Shown here piece by piece: positions 1 to 10,336 of a DNA stretch of 64,000 nucleotides. The DNA is from Eubacteriales bacterium. GTDB taxonomy: Bacteria > Bacillota > Clostridia > Oscillospirales > CAG-272. The stretch covers positions 1,594 through 65,593 of the forward strand of contig JAZODH010000041.1 of NCBI GenBank assembly GCA_045596925.1, given 5' to 3'. Each line of letters opens with the position of its first letter. The stretch's first letter is position 1. Below the pieces are notes generated by a model that worked only from the letters and a program-made list of their open reading frames with translations, searched no databases and was not told where the DNA came from. The position numbers were made by a program, and so were the translations under genes.

Positions 1-458
1 TCGTAGGGTGCGGGGTTCTCGATACACTCATCAAAAGCCATGGCGATGGTGGACACCAGATTGGACTGGATCTGCATACTCTCCTCGGGACCCATGAAGA
101 TGCGCTTTCCGTCAATATGAGAGGCAAATTTTACGCCTTCTTCCGTGATCTTGCGAAGTTGGGAAAGCGAGAACACCTGGAATCCGCCGCTGTCGGTCAA
201 AACGGGCTTATTCCAGTTGAAAAACTTATGGATACCTCCCATATCACGGATAAGCGTGTCGCCCGGACGCAGGTGCAGGTGGTAGGTGTTGGAAAGCTCC
301 ACCTGGCAGTTAAGATCGATGAGGTCCATAGTGGAAACTCCGCCCTTGATGGCGGCGCAGGTGCCTACGTTCATAAAAACGGGGGTCTGAATGTCACCGT
401 GTACGGTGTGAAGGCAACCGCGTCTTGCTCTGCCTTCGGTCTTGATAAGGTCAAACAT
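1..458 (-). CDS. tgt: queuine tRNA-ribosyltransferase (tRNA-guanine transglycosylase), N-terminal ~152 codons only; remainder lies beyond the window start
   Basis: Hand translation of minus strand from ATG at 456-458: MFDLIKTEGRARRGCLHTVHGDIQTPVFMNVGT...KPVLTDSGGFQVFSL...AMAFDECIENPAPY. This is the conserved Tgt N-terminus including the DSGGFQ motif. Not in the ORF track because it is open at the window edge. Confidence 0.9.
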   Translation of the reverse strand, partial: MFDLIKTEGRARRGCLHTVHGDIQTPVFMNVGTCAAIKGGVSTMDLIDLNCQVELSNTYHLHLRPGDTLIRDMGGIHKFFNWNKPVLTDSGGFQVFSLSQLRKITEEGVKFASHIDGKRIFMGPEESMQIQSNLVSTIAMAFDECIENPAPY

Positions 459-501
459 ATTTACTGTTCCCTGCCATGCAGGGTTTTCCTTTCCGATTGG
501 T

Positions 502-2469
502 TTAAAGTCGCTCAAATTGATGATCGAGCATATTTTTCGTCATTTCAATGGCAACGGGACGTCCGTGAGGACAAAAAGTAATGTCGGGAAGCTCCATGAG
601 CTTTTGGCAAAGCCATTTTATATGCTCCTCGGGGTACTGCCGACCCGCCTTTATGGCCGCCTTACAGGACGCCTGGTACAGAGCCTTTTCAAAGGCAAAC
701 TGACGTGTTATATTGACGCTTGCACGGTCTGCAAGAAGTCCCGTTGCAAACTCGCCGAAGATGTCGGTTATCGCCGACGCCTCGATGCCTACGGGGAAGG
801 ACTGCACGTTTACCGCAGTTTCCTCGGTTTCGAAGGTGAAGCCCGCCGATTCGATCTCGGCGCGGTAATCCTCAAGGGCGGCGATCTCCTCGCGTCTAAG
901 GCTTATCTTCACGGGCAGCATGAGCATCTGCGATGCCTGCTCGCCCTTGTCCATGATCTTTTTGAAATGCTCAAATATTATGCGCTCGTGGGCGGCGTGC
1001 TTGTCGACCACCAGCATTTTTTCGCCCAAGTCAATGAAAACGTAAGAGTTGAACGCCTCGCCAACGATCCTGTACGGGGGAATTTCACGCACAGGCTCCT
1101 CTTCCTTTGGAGGAGTGGTCGGCGTGGTCGTTTCCACCTTTACGTGTCCAATTTTCTCCTCGACGGGAGGAATTTCGACCGACTTCGGAGTGAAATTGAT
1201 TTTTGGAGAGCCGAAAGAGAACTTTTCCGCCTTGTTTTCCGTCACCGTCTCGGTGGGCTTTGGGGTCGGAGCAGAATTATGCCACGAGGGCACGGCCGAA
1301 ATGCTCGGTCTTGACACTGCGGGGGTCGATATCTTTATCTGTTCGGGCTTTGTTCCCTTGTCGGGAATAGGCGCAAAAGCATTGAGTGCGTTTGGCTTGT
1401 TTTGCGGCTGTGCACCCGCCATATTCCGATAGTCCTGCGCCGAGATCCTGCCGTTTTCAAGGCGTACCTCGGGGCGGGTCGTGTTCTTTTCAAGTGCGTT
1501 TCTCACCGAATAGTAGACCGCCTCGAAAACCGCCTTTTCGTTTGAGAATTTTATTTCAAGCTTCGAGGGGTGAACGTTCACGTCCACACATCTGGGGTCG
1601 ATCTTCACAAAAAGCACGCAACAGGGGAATTTTTCGGGGGGTATGTAAGAGGAAAATGCCTGTTCTATTGCCGCCATGGCGGTTTTGCTCTTTACGTATC
1701 TGCCGTTGATGAAGAAATTCTGGAAATTTCGGTTGGCCTTCACGTTATCGGACCGTCCGATATAGCCCGTGATCTCGATACCCTCGCTGCTTCCCTGCAC
1801 GGGAATAAGCCGAGTGGCAAAATCACGGCCGAAAACAGAATAGATAGCCGAGTGGAGCTTACCGTCGCCCATGGTTTCAAGCTTGACGTTACCGTCCGAG
1901 ATCAGTCGGAAGGCAATTTCGGGGTGGGACAGGGACACGCGCTCAACACAGCTGACCACAGCCATTCCCTCGGTTATATTCTTTTTGAGGAATTTTCTCC
2001 GTGCGGGCACGTTATAGAAAAGGTCCTCCACAATAATGCTCGTACCCTCCGAGCAAGCCCGTTCGGTAACACCGACCACCACTCCTCCGTGAGCCTCTAG
2101 AGCCGCGCCAAGCTCGCTATCCTTTGTTTTTGACACGATGCGGACGTTTGCAACAGAGGAAATAGCCGCCAAAGCCTCTCCGCGGAAGCCGAGAGAAATA
2201 ATGGCTTCCAAGTCTTCTGCGTCCTTTATTTTACTTGTGGCGTGGCGACGCAATGCCACGGGCAGGTCTTCTTTTGAAATTCCGCTGCCGTTGTCGGTGA
2301 CGCGCATATAGGATATTCCGCCGTTCTGTATCTCGACGGTTATTCTGTCCGCGCCCGCATCTATTGAGTTTTCCACAAGCTCCTTGATGACGGAGGCAGG
2401 TCTGTCGACCACCTCGCCTGCGGCTATAAGGTTAGCCACAGCGAAGCTGAGAACGTTTATTTTTCCCAT
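502..2469 (-). CDS. mutL: DNA mismatch repair protein MutL
   Basis: 655-aa ORF. GHKL ATPase N-terminus IAAGEVVDRPASVIKELVENSIDAG and GFRGEAL motif. Pro/Thr-rich linker and C-terminal dimerisation domain. Directly downstream of mutS. Confidence 0.95.
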   Translation of the reverse strand: MGKINVLSFAVANLIAAGEVVDRPASVIKELVENSIDAGADRITVEIQNGGISYMRVTDNGSGISKEDLPVALRRHATSKIKDAEDLEAIISLGFRGEALAAISSVANVRIVSKTKDSELGAALEAHGGVVVGVTERACSEGTSIIVEDLFYNVPARRKFLKKNITEGMAVVSCVERVSLSHPEIAFRLISDGNVKLETMGDGKLHSAIYSVFGRDFATRLIPVQGSSEGIEITGYIGRSDNVKANRNFQNFFINGRYVKSKTAMAAIEQAFSSYIPPEKFPCCVLFVKIDPRCVDVNVHPSKLEIKFSNEKAVFEAVYYSVRNALEKNTTRPEVRLENGRISAQDYRNMAGAQPQNKPNALNAFAPIPDKGTKPEQIKISTPAVSRPSISAVPSWHNSAPTPKPTETVTENKAEKFSFGSPKINFTPKSVEIPPVEEKIGHVKVETTTPTTPPKEEEPVREIPPYRIVGEAFNSYVFIDLGEKMLVVDKHAAHERIIFEHFKKIMDKGEQASQMLMLPVKISLRREEIAALEDYRAEIESAGFTFETEETAVNVQSFPVGIEASAITDIFGEFATGLLADRASVNITRQFAFEKALYQASCKAAIKAGRQYPEEHIKWLCQKLMELPDITFCPHGRPVAIEMTKNMLDHQFERL

Positions 2470-2502
2470 AATATTTGCCCGTCGGGCCTTCCTTTCTTTG
2501 TT

Positions 2503-5094
2503 TTACTTCAGTTTCTTCTGAATCTCGTAGAGAAGCTGCATAGCCTCGTAAGGTGAGATCATATTAAGATCAATATTCTTCAATTCCTCCATCGCCTGTG
2601 CACGCAAAGTGTCGTCGATGCTGATGAGACTGTCGTCCTCCGCCTCAACGGGACGCTCGGAGCGGGAAGTCACGATACCCGAACCGCTTTCAATAGTTGC
2701 AAGTATCTGCTTTGCACGCTTTACCACCTCGCCCGGCACGCCTGCAAGCTTTGCAACCTCGATACCGTAGCTGTCGTCGGTAGAGCCGCGGACGATCTTA
2801 CGAAGGAATGTAATGTTGTCTCCGCGCTTCTTTGCGGCGATGTTATAGTTTACGATGCCGTCAAACTCGTCTTCAAGGCTTGTCAGCTCGTGATAGTGGG
2901 TGGCAAAAAGTGTCTTTGCACCGATCTTCGAGCTGTTGGTAAACTCCGCGATAGCGCGGGCAATGCTCATGCCGTCAAAGGTGCTTGTGCCGCGTCCGAT
3001 CTCGTCGTAGACAATGAGGGACTTTCTCGTGGCGTTCTTTAAAATATACGCCACCTCGTTCATCTCAAGCATAAAGGTGGACTGTCCCGATGCCAGATCG
3101 TCCGACGCGCCGACACGGGTGAACACCTTGTCAACAATGCCGATCTCCGCATCGGATGCGGGAACAAAGGAGCCTATCTGCGCCATGACGGTGATAAGCG
3201 CCACCTGTCTCATATAGGTGGACTTACCTGCCATATTGGGGCCTGTTATAAGCATAAGTCGGTCATTGGCCGAGTCGATATCCACGTCGTTCGGAACAAA
3301 ATACGTATCGCGGGTAAACTGCTCCACCACAGGGTGACGTCCGTCCTTGATGTAAATACGGCTTCCGCCCGTCACCTCGGGACAAACGTATTTGTTTCGC
3401 GCCGCCACGGTGGCAAGAGAGCGGTAGACGTCAAGCTCAGCAAGCAGCGCCGCCGTTTCCTGTATACGTGTACTGCACGCCGCAACCGCCGTTCTCACCT
3501 GCTGGAAAAGCTCGTATTCGAGAGAACAGAGCTTGTCTGCCGCGCCCAGAATGGTGGCTTCCTTGTCCTTTAAGTCCTGGGTGATATATCGCTCGCAGTT
3601 GACCAAGGTCTGCTTTCTTATGTAATGGTCGGGGACCATCGAAAGGAAGGACTGGGACACCTCGATATAATATCCGAAAACCTTGTTGTAACGGACTTTC
3701 AGAGTCTTTATGCCCGTAGCTTCCTTTTCCTCCGCCTCGATCTTTTCGATCCAGCTCTTGCCGTTATCGCGGATAGAGCGGAGCTGATCAACGTCGGCGT
3801 TGTAGCCGTCGGCTATCATACCACCGTCGCGGACGGTAAAGGGCGGATCCTCAACGATAGACGCGTTGATAAGTGAGCAGATATCTTCAAGCTCGTCAAG
3901 CTCTGTATAGATGCGGTGAAGCTCGCGGCTCTCACAGGAGCTGAGCTGTCCCTTAATCTCCGGTATGACCCTTGCTGTATTGGCAACCGCGCGCAGATCC
4001 TTTGCGGTGGCAGAGCCGTAAACGATACGGGAAATGAGTCTTTCAAGGTCAAGAACGCCCGAAAGAAGCTCCCCAAGCTCCTCGCGCAAAATAAAATTAT
4101 CATAAAGCTCCCGAACGGCACTCTGACGCTCGGTTATGCTGCTGACGCGCAGCAAAGGATGCTCCACCCAATAGCGAAGCATTCTTGCACCCGCCGCCGT
4201 GCGGGTCTTGTCAAGTACCCAGAGCAGAGAGCCTTTCTTTTCCTTTGAGCGCATGGTCTCGGTGATCTCAAGGTTTCGGCGGGTGTTGGTATCCATTTCA
4301 AGATACTGTCCCTCGCTGTAAATTCTCAGCTCCTTGATATAGGAGATATCACCCTTTTGGGTGTTGTTTACGTATGTCAGAAGACCGCCCACCGAGCACA
4401 CGACAGCATTTTGCTCTGTCACGTTCTCGCGGATAGAGTCGGTAAATTGGCTCTCTATCAGCGCACGGCTGTTTGCATACTCAAACCAGTCGGGGTGGTT
4501 GTCGCTGACCGAGGTCTCCATACGCGCCGAGATGAACTGAGCAAGCTCAGGCTCGGCTGACAGAGGGATATTCACAATAATTTCACTCGGAGAATAGGTT
4601 CCCAGCTCGTTTGTGAGCTTCTTTATCATGTCCGCGCCGTCCAAGGTGGTGGCGGAAATTGCGCCCGTAGACACGTCCGCAAAGCTGACGCCGCATTCAA
4701 ATTCGCCCACGTAGATCGCGCAAAGGTAGTTGTTATCACCTTCGGAAAGCATACTCGATTCAAGAAGCGTTCCCGGTGTGACCACGCGAATGACCTCGCG
4801 GCGCACAAGTCCCTTTGCGGTCGCAGGGTCCTCCACCTGCTCGCAGATGGCGACCTTAAAGCCCTTTGCAATGAGCTTTGCTATATAGGTGTCCGCCGCA
4901 TGGAATGGTACTCCGCACATGGGCGCACGCTCGGGCTCACCCCAGTCCTTGCCCGTAAGTGTCAGGTCGATTGCCGCCGACGCCGCCTTTGCGTCGTCGA
5001 AAAACATCTCGTAAAAATCCCCCACGCGGTAAAAGAGCAGGAAATCCTTATACTGATTTTTTATCTCAAAATATTGCTCCATCATCGGAGTCAT
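2503..5094 (-). CDS. mutS: DNA mismatch repair protein MutS
   Basis: 863-aa ORF. N-terminal MTPMMEQYFEIK...GDFYEMFFDDA mismatch-binding motif. Walker A GPNMAGKST. DEIGRGTSTFDG motif. Confidence 0.95.
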   Translation of the reverse strand: MTPMMEQYFEIKNQYKDFLLFYRVGDFYEMFFDDAKAASAAIDLTLTGKDWGEPERAPMCGVPFHAADTYIAKLIAKGFKVAICEQVEDPATAKGLVRREVIRVVTPGTLLESSMLSEGDNNYLCAIYVGEFECGVSFADVSTGAISATTLDGADMIKKLTNELGTYSPSEIIVNIPLSAEPELAQFISARMETSVSDNHPDWFEYANSRALIESQFTDSIRENVTEQNAVVCSVGGLLTYVNNTQKGDISYIKELRIYSEGQYLEMDTNTRRNLEITETMRSKEKKGSLLWVLDKTRTAAGARMLRYWVEHPLLRVSSITERQSAVRELYDNFILREELGELLSGVLDLERLISRIVYGSATAKDLRAVANTARVIPEIKGQLSSCESRELHRIYTELDELEDICSLINASIVEDPPFTVRDGGMIADGYNADVDQLRSIRDNGKSWIEKIEAEEKEATGIKTLKVRYNKVFGYYIEVSQSFLSMVPDHYIRKQTLVNCERYITQDLKDKEATILGAADKLCSLEYELFQQVRTAVAACSTRIQETAALLAELDVYRSLATVAARNKYVCPEVTGGSRIYIKDGRHPVVEQFTRDTYFVPNDVDIDSANDRLMLITGPNMAGKSTYMRQVALITVMAQIGSFVPASDAEIGIVDKVFTRVGASDDLASGQSTFMLEMNEVAYILKNATRKSLIVYDEIGRGTSTFDGMSIARAIAEFTNSSKIGAKTLFATHYHELTSLEDEFDGIVNYNIAAKKRGDNITFLRKIVRGSTDDSYGIEVAKLAGVPGEVVKRAKQILATIESGSGIVTSRSERPVEAEDDSLISIDDTLRAQAMEELKNIDLNMISPYEAMQLLYEIQKKLK

Positions 5095-5125
5095 GGCGTT
5101 TTACCTCTCTTTTATAAATGAGAAA

Positions 5126-5527
5126 TTACTTTTTGGAAGCGCAGTCGGCGTGGCAGGAGCTGCAATCGTGCGTGCAAGGCTGTTCACCCGTAATGTTGAG
5201 AGTGATGATGCCGTTGACCTCGTTCATGAAGTTATTTACTGCCTCCTGAGCGGCATTCATGGCAACAAAAGCCTCATTGCTGACGATAAGATCGTAAAGC
5301 TCGTCGATACGATTCTGGATCTGCTTCAGTATCACCTCGTCGCGGTCCTCGCCCTTTTCAAATTCGTTTGCCATTGCCTTCTGCTGGACGTTGTATTCCA
5401 CAACGTAGCGCAAAAGATCCTTGTCCTCGTCGTAAGCCTTCTTGGCTGCGTCCAGGGCCTTTACGCGCTCGTCTTCCTTTATAGCCTTGCCAAGCTCTGC
5501 GGCAAGCTCCACAATTCTGTTATCCAT
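5126..5527 (-). CDS. YlbF/YmcA-family (UPF0342-like) helical protein with Cys-rich C-terminal tail
   Basis: Track ORF 5126-5572 overlaps the miaB end. The internal ATG at 5527 is preceded by AAGGAG. Helical, Glu/Lys-rich sequence in the miaB-ylbF-mutS-mutL arrangement typical of Firmicutes. The family call rests on resemblance and context only. Confidence 0.6.
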   Translation of the reverse strand: MDNRIVELAAELGKAIKEDERVKALDAAKKAYDEDKDLLRYVVEYNVQQKAMANEFEKGEDRDEVILKQIQNRIDELYDLIVSNEAFVAMNAAQEAVNNFMNEVNGIITLNITGEQPCTHDCSSCHADCASKK

Positions 5528-5543
5528 TGTTTTTTTCTCCTTT

Positions 5544-6959
5544 TCAGTTCGCTTTTTGGCCGTAGAGCGCAAACGCCTCGGCTCTGTCTATTTTAATATT
5601 GAGATATTTTCCCGTATCGGACGGCTCGCCGTCAAAGAAAACGATCTTATTTCCCTCGGTGCGTCCGCTGTAGACCTTTTCATTATTTTTGCTTATGCCG
5701 TCGCACAGAACTCTGAGAGTTTTTCCCACCTCTTTTTGGTTAAGATCAAGTGCGATCTCGTTTTGGGTTGCAAGCAGGCGATTAAAACGCTCACTTTTAA
5801 TTTCATCGGGTATTTGACATTCCATTTCAGCCGCAGGCGTTCCCTTTCGCGGTGAGTAAATGAAGGAGTATATCATGTCAAATTTCACCCGGCGGAGCAT
5901 ATTGAGCGTGCCCTCAAAATCCTCCTCGGTCTCTCCGGGAAAGCCCACGATGATGTCGGTAGTGATCGTTATCCCGGGAATCTTTTCCCGCAAATAATCC
6001 ACCGTTTCAAGATACCTTGCTGTGTCGTAGCGGCGGTTCATTTTAGAGAGGATCTCATCACTTCCCGACTGCATGGGCAGGTGGAAATGACGCGCGATCT
6101 TGGGATTTTGCGCCATGGTGTCGATAAGCTTTTTCGATGCGTCCTTTGGGTGGCTTGTCATAAAGCGCAGGAGAAAATCTCCCTCGATCTTCGCAAGCTC
6201 CGCCATCAGATCGGCAAAATCGTAGTCAAAATCGCTGTCCTTTGCGTAAGAATTTACGTTCTGACCCAGAAGCGTTATGTCCTTATATCCACGCTGTACA
6301 AGGTCCCGCACCTCGGCGACGATCTCGCTCATTTCCCGACTGCGCTCGCGCCCTCTCACGTAAGGGACGATGCAGTAGGAACAGAAATTGTTGCAACCGT
6401 ACATGATGCTGACCCACGCGCGATAATTGCTCTCGCGTTCAATTCTTAACCCCTCCGCGACGCAAAATTCGGTCTCCTGGGGGCAGTAAAGCCGCTTGCC
6501 CTTGGTGGTCTTATCGTAGAGCAGCTTGGGGAAACGGTGAAGGCTTGACGTGCCGAAGATAAAATCTACGTAAGGGTATCTGAATTTTATCTCCTCCGCC
6601 CTGTGGTCCTGGACCACCATACAGCCGCAGACGGCTATCATGGTCTCGGGCTTCTTTGCCTTTATGTGCTTGTACTGTCCGATAATGGACAGCGCCTTTT
6701 TTTCGGCGTGCTCGCGAATGGCGCAGGTGTTGACAAGTATCAGATCGGCTTCCTGCGGGTCTTTCGTCACCGTGTAACCCATGTCGATCGACATTCCCGC
6801 CAGCTTTTCGCTGTCCGCCTCGTTTTGCTGACAGCCAAAAGTCAGAACAAAGACCTTTTTGCCCTTGCCCGCGTTCAGTTGCCTCATTTTCTCGGTATAT
6901 TCTCTGCACTCTCCCATCTCGCTGTGGGAAAGTATCCTGTTTTTTCTCTCTTGTGTCAT
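5544..6959 (-). CDS. miaB: tRNA-2-methylthio-N6-dimethylallyladenosine synthase MiaB (radical SAM methylthiotransferase)
   Basis: N-domain VFVLTFGCQQNEADSE. Radical-SAM CxxxCxxC in GCNNFCSYCIVPYVRG. TRAM-like C-terminus. The track start at 6992 is a TTG overlapping the upstream gene, so I prefer ATG 6959; the start remains uncertain. Confidence 0.9.
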   Translation of the reverse strand: MTQERKNRILSHSEMGECREYTEKMRQLNAGKGKKVFVLTFGCQQNEADSEKLAGMSIDMGYTVTKDPQEADLILVNTCAIREHAEKKALSIIGQYKHIKAKKPETMIAVCGCMVVQDHRAEEIKFRYPYVDFIFGTSSLHRFPKLLYDKTTKGKRLYCPQETEFCVAEGLRIERESNYRAWVSIMYGCNNFCSYCIVPYVRGRERSREMSEIVAEVRDLVQRGYKDITLLGQNVNSYAKDSDFDYDFADLMAELAKIEGDFLLRFMTSHPKDASKKLIDTMAQNPKIARHFHLPMQSGSDEILSKMNRRYDTARYLETVDYLREKIPGITITTDIIVGFPGETEEDFEGTLNMLRRVKFDMIYSFIYSPRKGTPAAEMECQIPDEIKSERFNRLLATQNEIALDLNQKEVGKTLRVLCDGISKNNEKVYSGRTEGNKIVFFDGEPSDTGKYLNIKIDRAEAFALYGQKAN

Positions 6960-6981
6960 ATTATCTCTTTTTCTTTTTATT

Positions 6982-7536
6982 TCAGCCCTCAAGCCCGTCG
7001 GGGTGCAGAGTCAGCCACGCGCGGAGCACGCATGCCTGTGTCTTTGAATCGGGCACCTGGCCTCGCATTACCATTTGCACAAGCGTTTTCAGGGGAATCC
7101 GCTCGATTTCAAGAAATTCGTCGTCATCGGGGTGAGTCTCACCGAATTTAAGTCCTCTTGCCATGAAAAGATGTATCTTTTCCGAGCAAATGGCAGGTGT
7201 GGGATAAAGAACGCCCATTTCGGTAAGCGTCTCGCACTGTGCTCCGATCTCCTCTTCAAGCTCGCGCAAGGCCGCCTGTCGCACGTCGGTGTCAAACTCC
7301 TCCAGCTTGCCTGCGGGTATCTCAAGCAGGACCTGACCGTGAACGTATCTGAACTGCTTTACGCACACAACATCTTCCTCATCGGTGACGGGAATGACCG
7401 CAACAGCTCCTCGGTGTAGTACGATCTCGCGCACGCCTTCTTCTCCGTTTGGAAGCAGAACGCGGTCAACGGAAACGTGGAGCACCTTTCCGTCAAAGAT
7501 CTTCTCGGAGCTTATTTTCTTTTCTGTCAGATCCAT
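6982..7536 (-). CDS. NUDIX hydrolase (ADP-ribose pyrophosphatase-like)
   Basis: Nudix box GKLEEFDTDVRQAALRELEEEIG. ATG at 7536 has a GGAGGTG Shine-Dalgarno (SD) sequence 9 nt upstream, better than the track start at 7554. Confidence 0.85.
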   Translation of the reverse strand: MDLTEKKISSEKIFDGKVLHVSVDRVLLPNGEEGVREIVLHRGAVAVIPVTDEEDVVCVKQFRYVHGQVLLEIPAGKLEEFDTDVRQAALRELEEEIGAQCETLTEMGVLYPTPAICSEKIHLFMARGLKFGETHPDDDEFLEIERIPLKTLVQMVMRGQVPDSKTQACVLRAWLTLHPDGLEG

Positions 7537-7713
7537 CAGGGCACACCTCCGCATAGTGATACATCTTATATTATACTTTATTTATAGTTATTTGTAAAGT
7601 ATTTTTCGTAAAATTTCGCTCAAAAATGCGCTTGCCTATTGATTTCGGAGATTTTATCGTGTAAAATGTTCTTTGTGGATCTCACGCTCAAAAACCACGG
7701 AAAGGAGAGGAAT

Positions 7714-8430
7714 ATGACAGGCACAAGGCACATCTTTTCCCTGTCGGGAAACGCTTTGAAGGTACTGGCGGCGATCTCCATGGTTATCGACCACGTGGGA
7801 ATGCTTATTTTCCCCGACGAGGAGATTTTCCGCATCATCGGCAGACTTGCCTTTCCCATCTTCTCCTACATGATATGCGAGGGCTGTCGGCATACGAGAC
7901 ACCGTCTGCGATATCTGCTTCAGGTACTGATCCTCGGCATCGCCACGACGGCAGTCTACGCCATAGCCATGGACGAGCTCTATTTTAACGCTCTTATCAC
8001 CTTCTCCTGTTCAATCACGCTGATCCTTCTGCTCACCACGGCAAAGGAGAACGAAAAAACAGCGGGCAGACTCTTATATCTTTCCCTGTTTGCCGTTTCG
8101 GCGGCAATATTTTATCTGTTCACGCTGAAATTCACCGTTGACTATGGCTTCTGGGGAATAATGCTGCCCGTATTCCCATTTATCAGCGGTATACTGTTCC
8201 CTGAAGAAAGAAACGAGATCCTTGCTCTTACTCCGCAACTCCCGGCATTCGGCATAGGACTGGCTGTCCTGTCCTTTGATATCGGCTGGGTGCAGCCATA
8301 CAGCCTGCTCGCGCTCATTCCCCTGGCATTTTACAACGGTCGACAGGGCTTTAAGCTACCGAAATATTCTTTTTACGTGTTTTATCCGCTACATATCGGC
8401 ATAATTTACCTGATAAGCTTGATGATATAA
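7714..8430 (+). CDS. TraX-family integral membrane protein
   Basis: LKVLAAISMVIDHVGMLIFP...GRLAFPIF is typical of the TraX family. Multi-TM throughout. ATG 7714 is preceded by GGAGAGG. Confidence 0.6.
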   Translation: MTGTRHIFSLSGNALKVLAAISMVIDHVGMLIFPDEEIFRIIGRLAFPIFSYMICEGCRHTRHRLRYLLQVLILGIATTAVYAIAMDELYFNALITFSCSITLILLLTTAKENEKTAGRLLYLSLFAVSAAIFYLFTLKFTVDYGFWGIMLPVFPFISGILFPEERNEILALTPQLPAFGIGLAVLSFDIGWVQPYSLLALIPLAFYNGRQGFKLPKYSFYVFYPLHIGIIYLISLMI

Positions 8431-8459
8431 AAAATTGCGAGGCACAGCCTCGCAATTTT

Positions 8460-9206
8460 TTACTGTTCAAATTCAAGTATGGCGCGGAACAGCATTTCGG
8501 ATTTTTTATACTGCTCCTTGTTCTTCTTGCCGCCAAGGAACGTGCCGACGCTCACATCCGAACGAAGGCAAAGGATAGTATCCTTTGGCAGGTCCTTGAC
8601 ACCGGGGTAATATTGCCCGAATGCAGTCTCGCTCAGCCGCACGCCGCATTCGTCAACAGCACTCTCGGGGGTGTATCCCAGCACGTCGGAGAGCAATCTG
8701 AAGCCCCCCGATTCCCGCACCATGCCGTAGAGATACGGGGACAACAGGCAGACCGAATATTCTCCTGCCAAGATAAGGTTTTGGAACGCTTGGAAGTTTT
8801 GGGAGTTGAACCCCACGTCGATATATGCCTCCTCACCGTTTTTCTCCGCCTCGGCCTTTATTGCGTTTATCTCCTCTTCGGAGAAGATCTGGTGGTACAC
8901 AAGTGCCACTCTTTTTGTCTCGTCCTTGCCCGCAGCGTCGTCGGGAAGCACGTATTCAAGAGCACCTTCGATATTCTGCACACCCTCGCCGTTGAACATG
9001 AAATATTCAGGTCCTGCATAGAGAACGCTCACGTCGTTTTTGTCTTTGTTACACGTTTGCAGGGTACAGATAAGAATTACGATCAAAGCAAAAATTACAC
9101 AAATAGTAGTCCACTTATAATGATACCAAAAATTATCCAACCATTTTGCCATCTTGCTTTCGTAAACTATCTCGCCACCCTGCTCCTTTTCGTTTTTATC
9201 GGACAT
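8460..9206 (-). CDS. hypothetical membrane-anchored protein (single N-terminal TM, extracytoplasmic domain)
   Basis: 248-aa ORF with one hydrophobic helix (WTTICVIFALIVILICTL). I recognise no family. Confidence 0.55.
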   Translation of the reverse strand: MSDKNEKEQGGEIVYESKMAKWLDNFWYHYKWTTICVIFALIVILICTLQTCNKDKNDVSVLYAGPEYFMFNGEGVQNIEGALEYVLPDDAAGKDETKRVALVYHQIFSEEEINAIKAEAEKNGEEAYIDVGFNSQNFQAFQNLILAGEYSVCLLSPYLYGMVRESGGFRLLSDVLGYTPESAVDECGVRLSETAFGQYYPGVKDLPKDTILCLRSDVSVGTFLGGKKNKEQYKKSEMLFRAILEFEQ

Positions 9207-9215
9207 GAAAACACC

Positions 9216-10334
9216 TCATTTCTTGTCTCTGTTATCGTACTTTTCCGACGCCTTTTTGAGAAGCTCAATGATGGGCAGATGCTGAGGACAAGCGCTCTCG
9301 CACTGACCGCATCCTATACAATCACAGGCACGTCCGCCCTTTTGGGCAAGCTTATCGTATTCTCCTTCAGTACCCCAGTTCTTGTAGCACACTTTGGAAT
9401 TATAGAGTCCAAAAATGTCGGGAATGGCTATGTTCATAGGGCAGCCGTCGGTGCAGTAACGGCACGCGGTGCACTCAATGCGGTTCATGCCAATGAGCAG
9501 ATCGCGGGTCTTTTCGATGACAGCCTGCTCCCTTTCGTCAAGAGGCTTAAAATCCTTCATTGAGGCCACGTTATCCTCCATTTGGGCAATGCTGCTCATG
9601 CCCGACAGGACCATCTTCACACCCTCAAAGCCTGCGGCGTATCTCACCGCATAGGACGCAGGGCTTCCCTCTCCAGCCTCGGCAAGAACGGCTTTTGCTT
9701 CGTCGGGAAGATTAGCCAAATAACCTCCCTTGACAGGCTCCATGATAATGATATCCTTTCCGAACTCACGGCAGACCTCGTATACTCCCTTACCGTCAAC
9801 GTCGGGGTTGAGATAGTCCACGTAATTGAACTGGATCTGCACCGCCTCAACAGCAGGCTGCTCGGAGAGGATCTTACGCAAAGTCGCGGCATCGTCGTGG
9901 AAGGAAAGACCCACGTGTCTGATCTTTCCCTGCGCCTTCAGCTCGGATGCGATCTCGTATGCACGGCATTTCTTGTATTTTTCGTAGCAGTTGCGGTCCT
10001 GAGCGTGCATCAGGTAGTAATCAAAATACTCAACGCCCGTATCGCGCAGCTGTTCCTCGAAAAGGGGGATTATATCCTCCTCCTTTTCAAAATTCCAGGT
10101 AGAAAGCTTGGTCGTAAGCATGAATTTTTCTCTCGGATAGCGCTCCGTCAGGCATTCTCTCACGACAGATTCGCTCTTACCGCTGTGATAAACGTGTGCC
10201 GTGTCAAAATAAGCAAAGCCCGCGTCCATGAAGATATCCACCATACGCTTGACCTGCTCAATATCTACCTCTTCACCGATCTTGGGAAAGCGCATACAGC
10301 CAAAGCCCAGCTTTTTGCAATCTTTAAGTTCCAT
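9216..10334 (-). CDS. aldo/keto reductase fused to a C-terminal 4Fe-4S ferredoxin-type domain
   Basis: AKR N-terminus LGFGCMRFP...FDTAHVYHSGKSE. Two Cys clusters: CTACRYCTDGCP and CIGCGQCESACP. Confidence 0.85.
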   Translation of the reverse strand: MELKDCKKLGFGCMRFPKIGEEVDIEQVKRMVDIFMDAGFAYFDTAHVYHSGKSESVVRECLTERYPREKFMLTTKLSTWNFEKEEDIIPLFEEQLRDTGVEYFDYYLMHAQDRNCYEKYKKCRAYEIASELKAQGKIRHVGLSFHDDAATLRKILSEQPAVEAVQIQFNYVDYLNPDVDGKGVYEVCREFGKDIIIMEPVKGGYLANLPDEAKAVLAEAGEGSPASYAVRYAAGFEGVKMVLSGMSSIAQMEDNVASMKDFKPLDEREQAVIEKTRDLLIGMNRIECTACRYCTDGCPMNIAIPDIFGLYNSKVCYKNWGTEGEYDKLAQKGGRACDCIGCGQCESACPQHLPIIELLKKASEKYDNRDKK

Positions 10335-10336
10335 TT

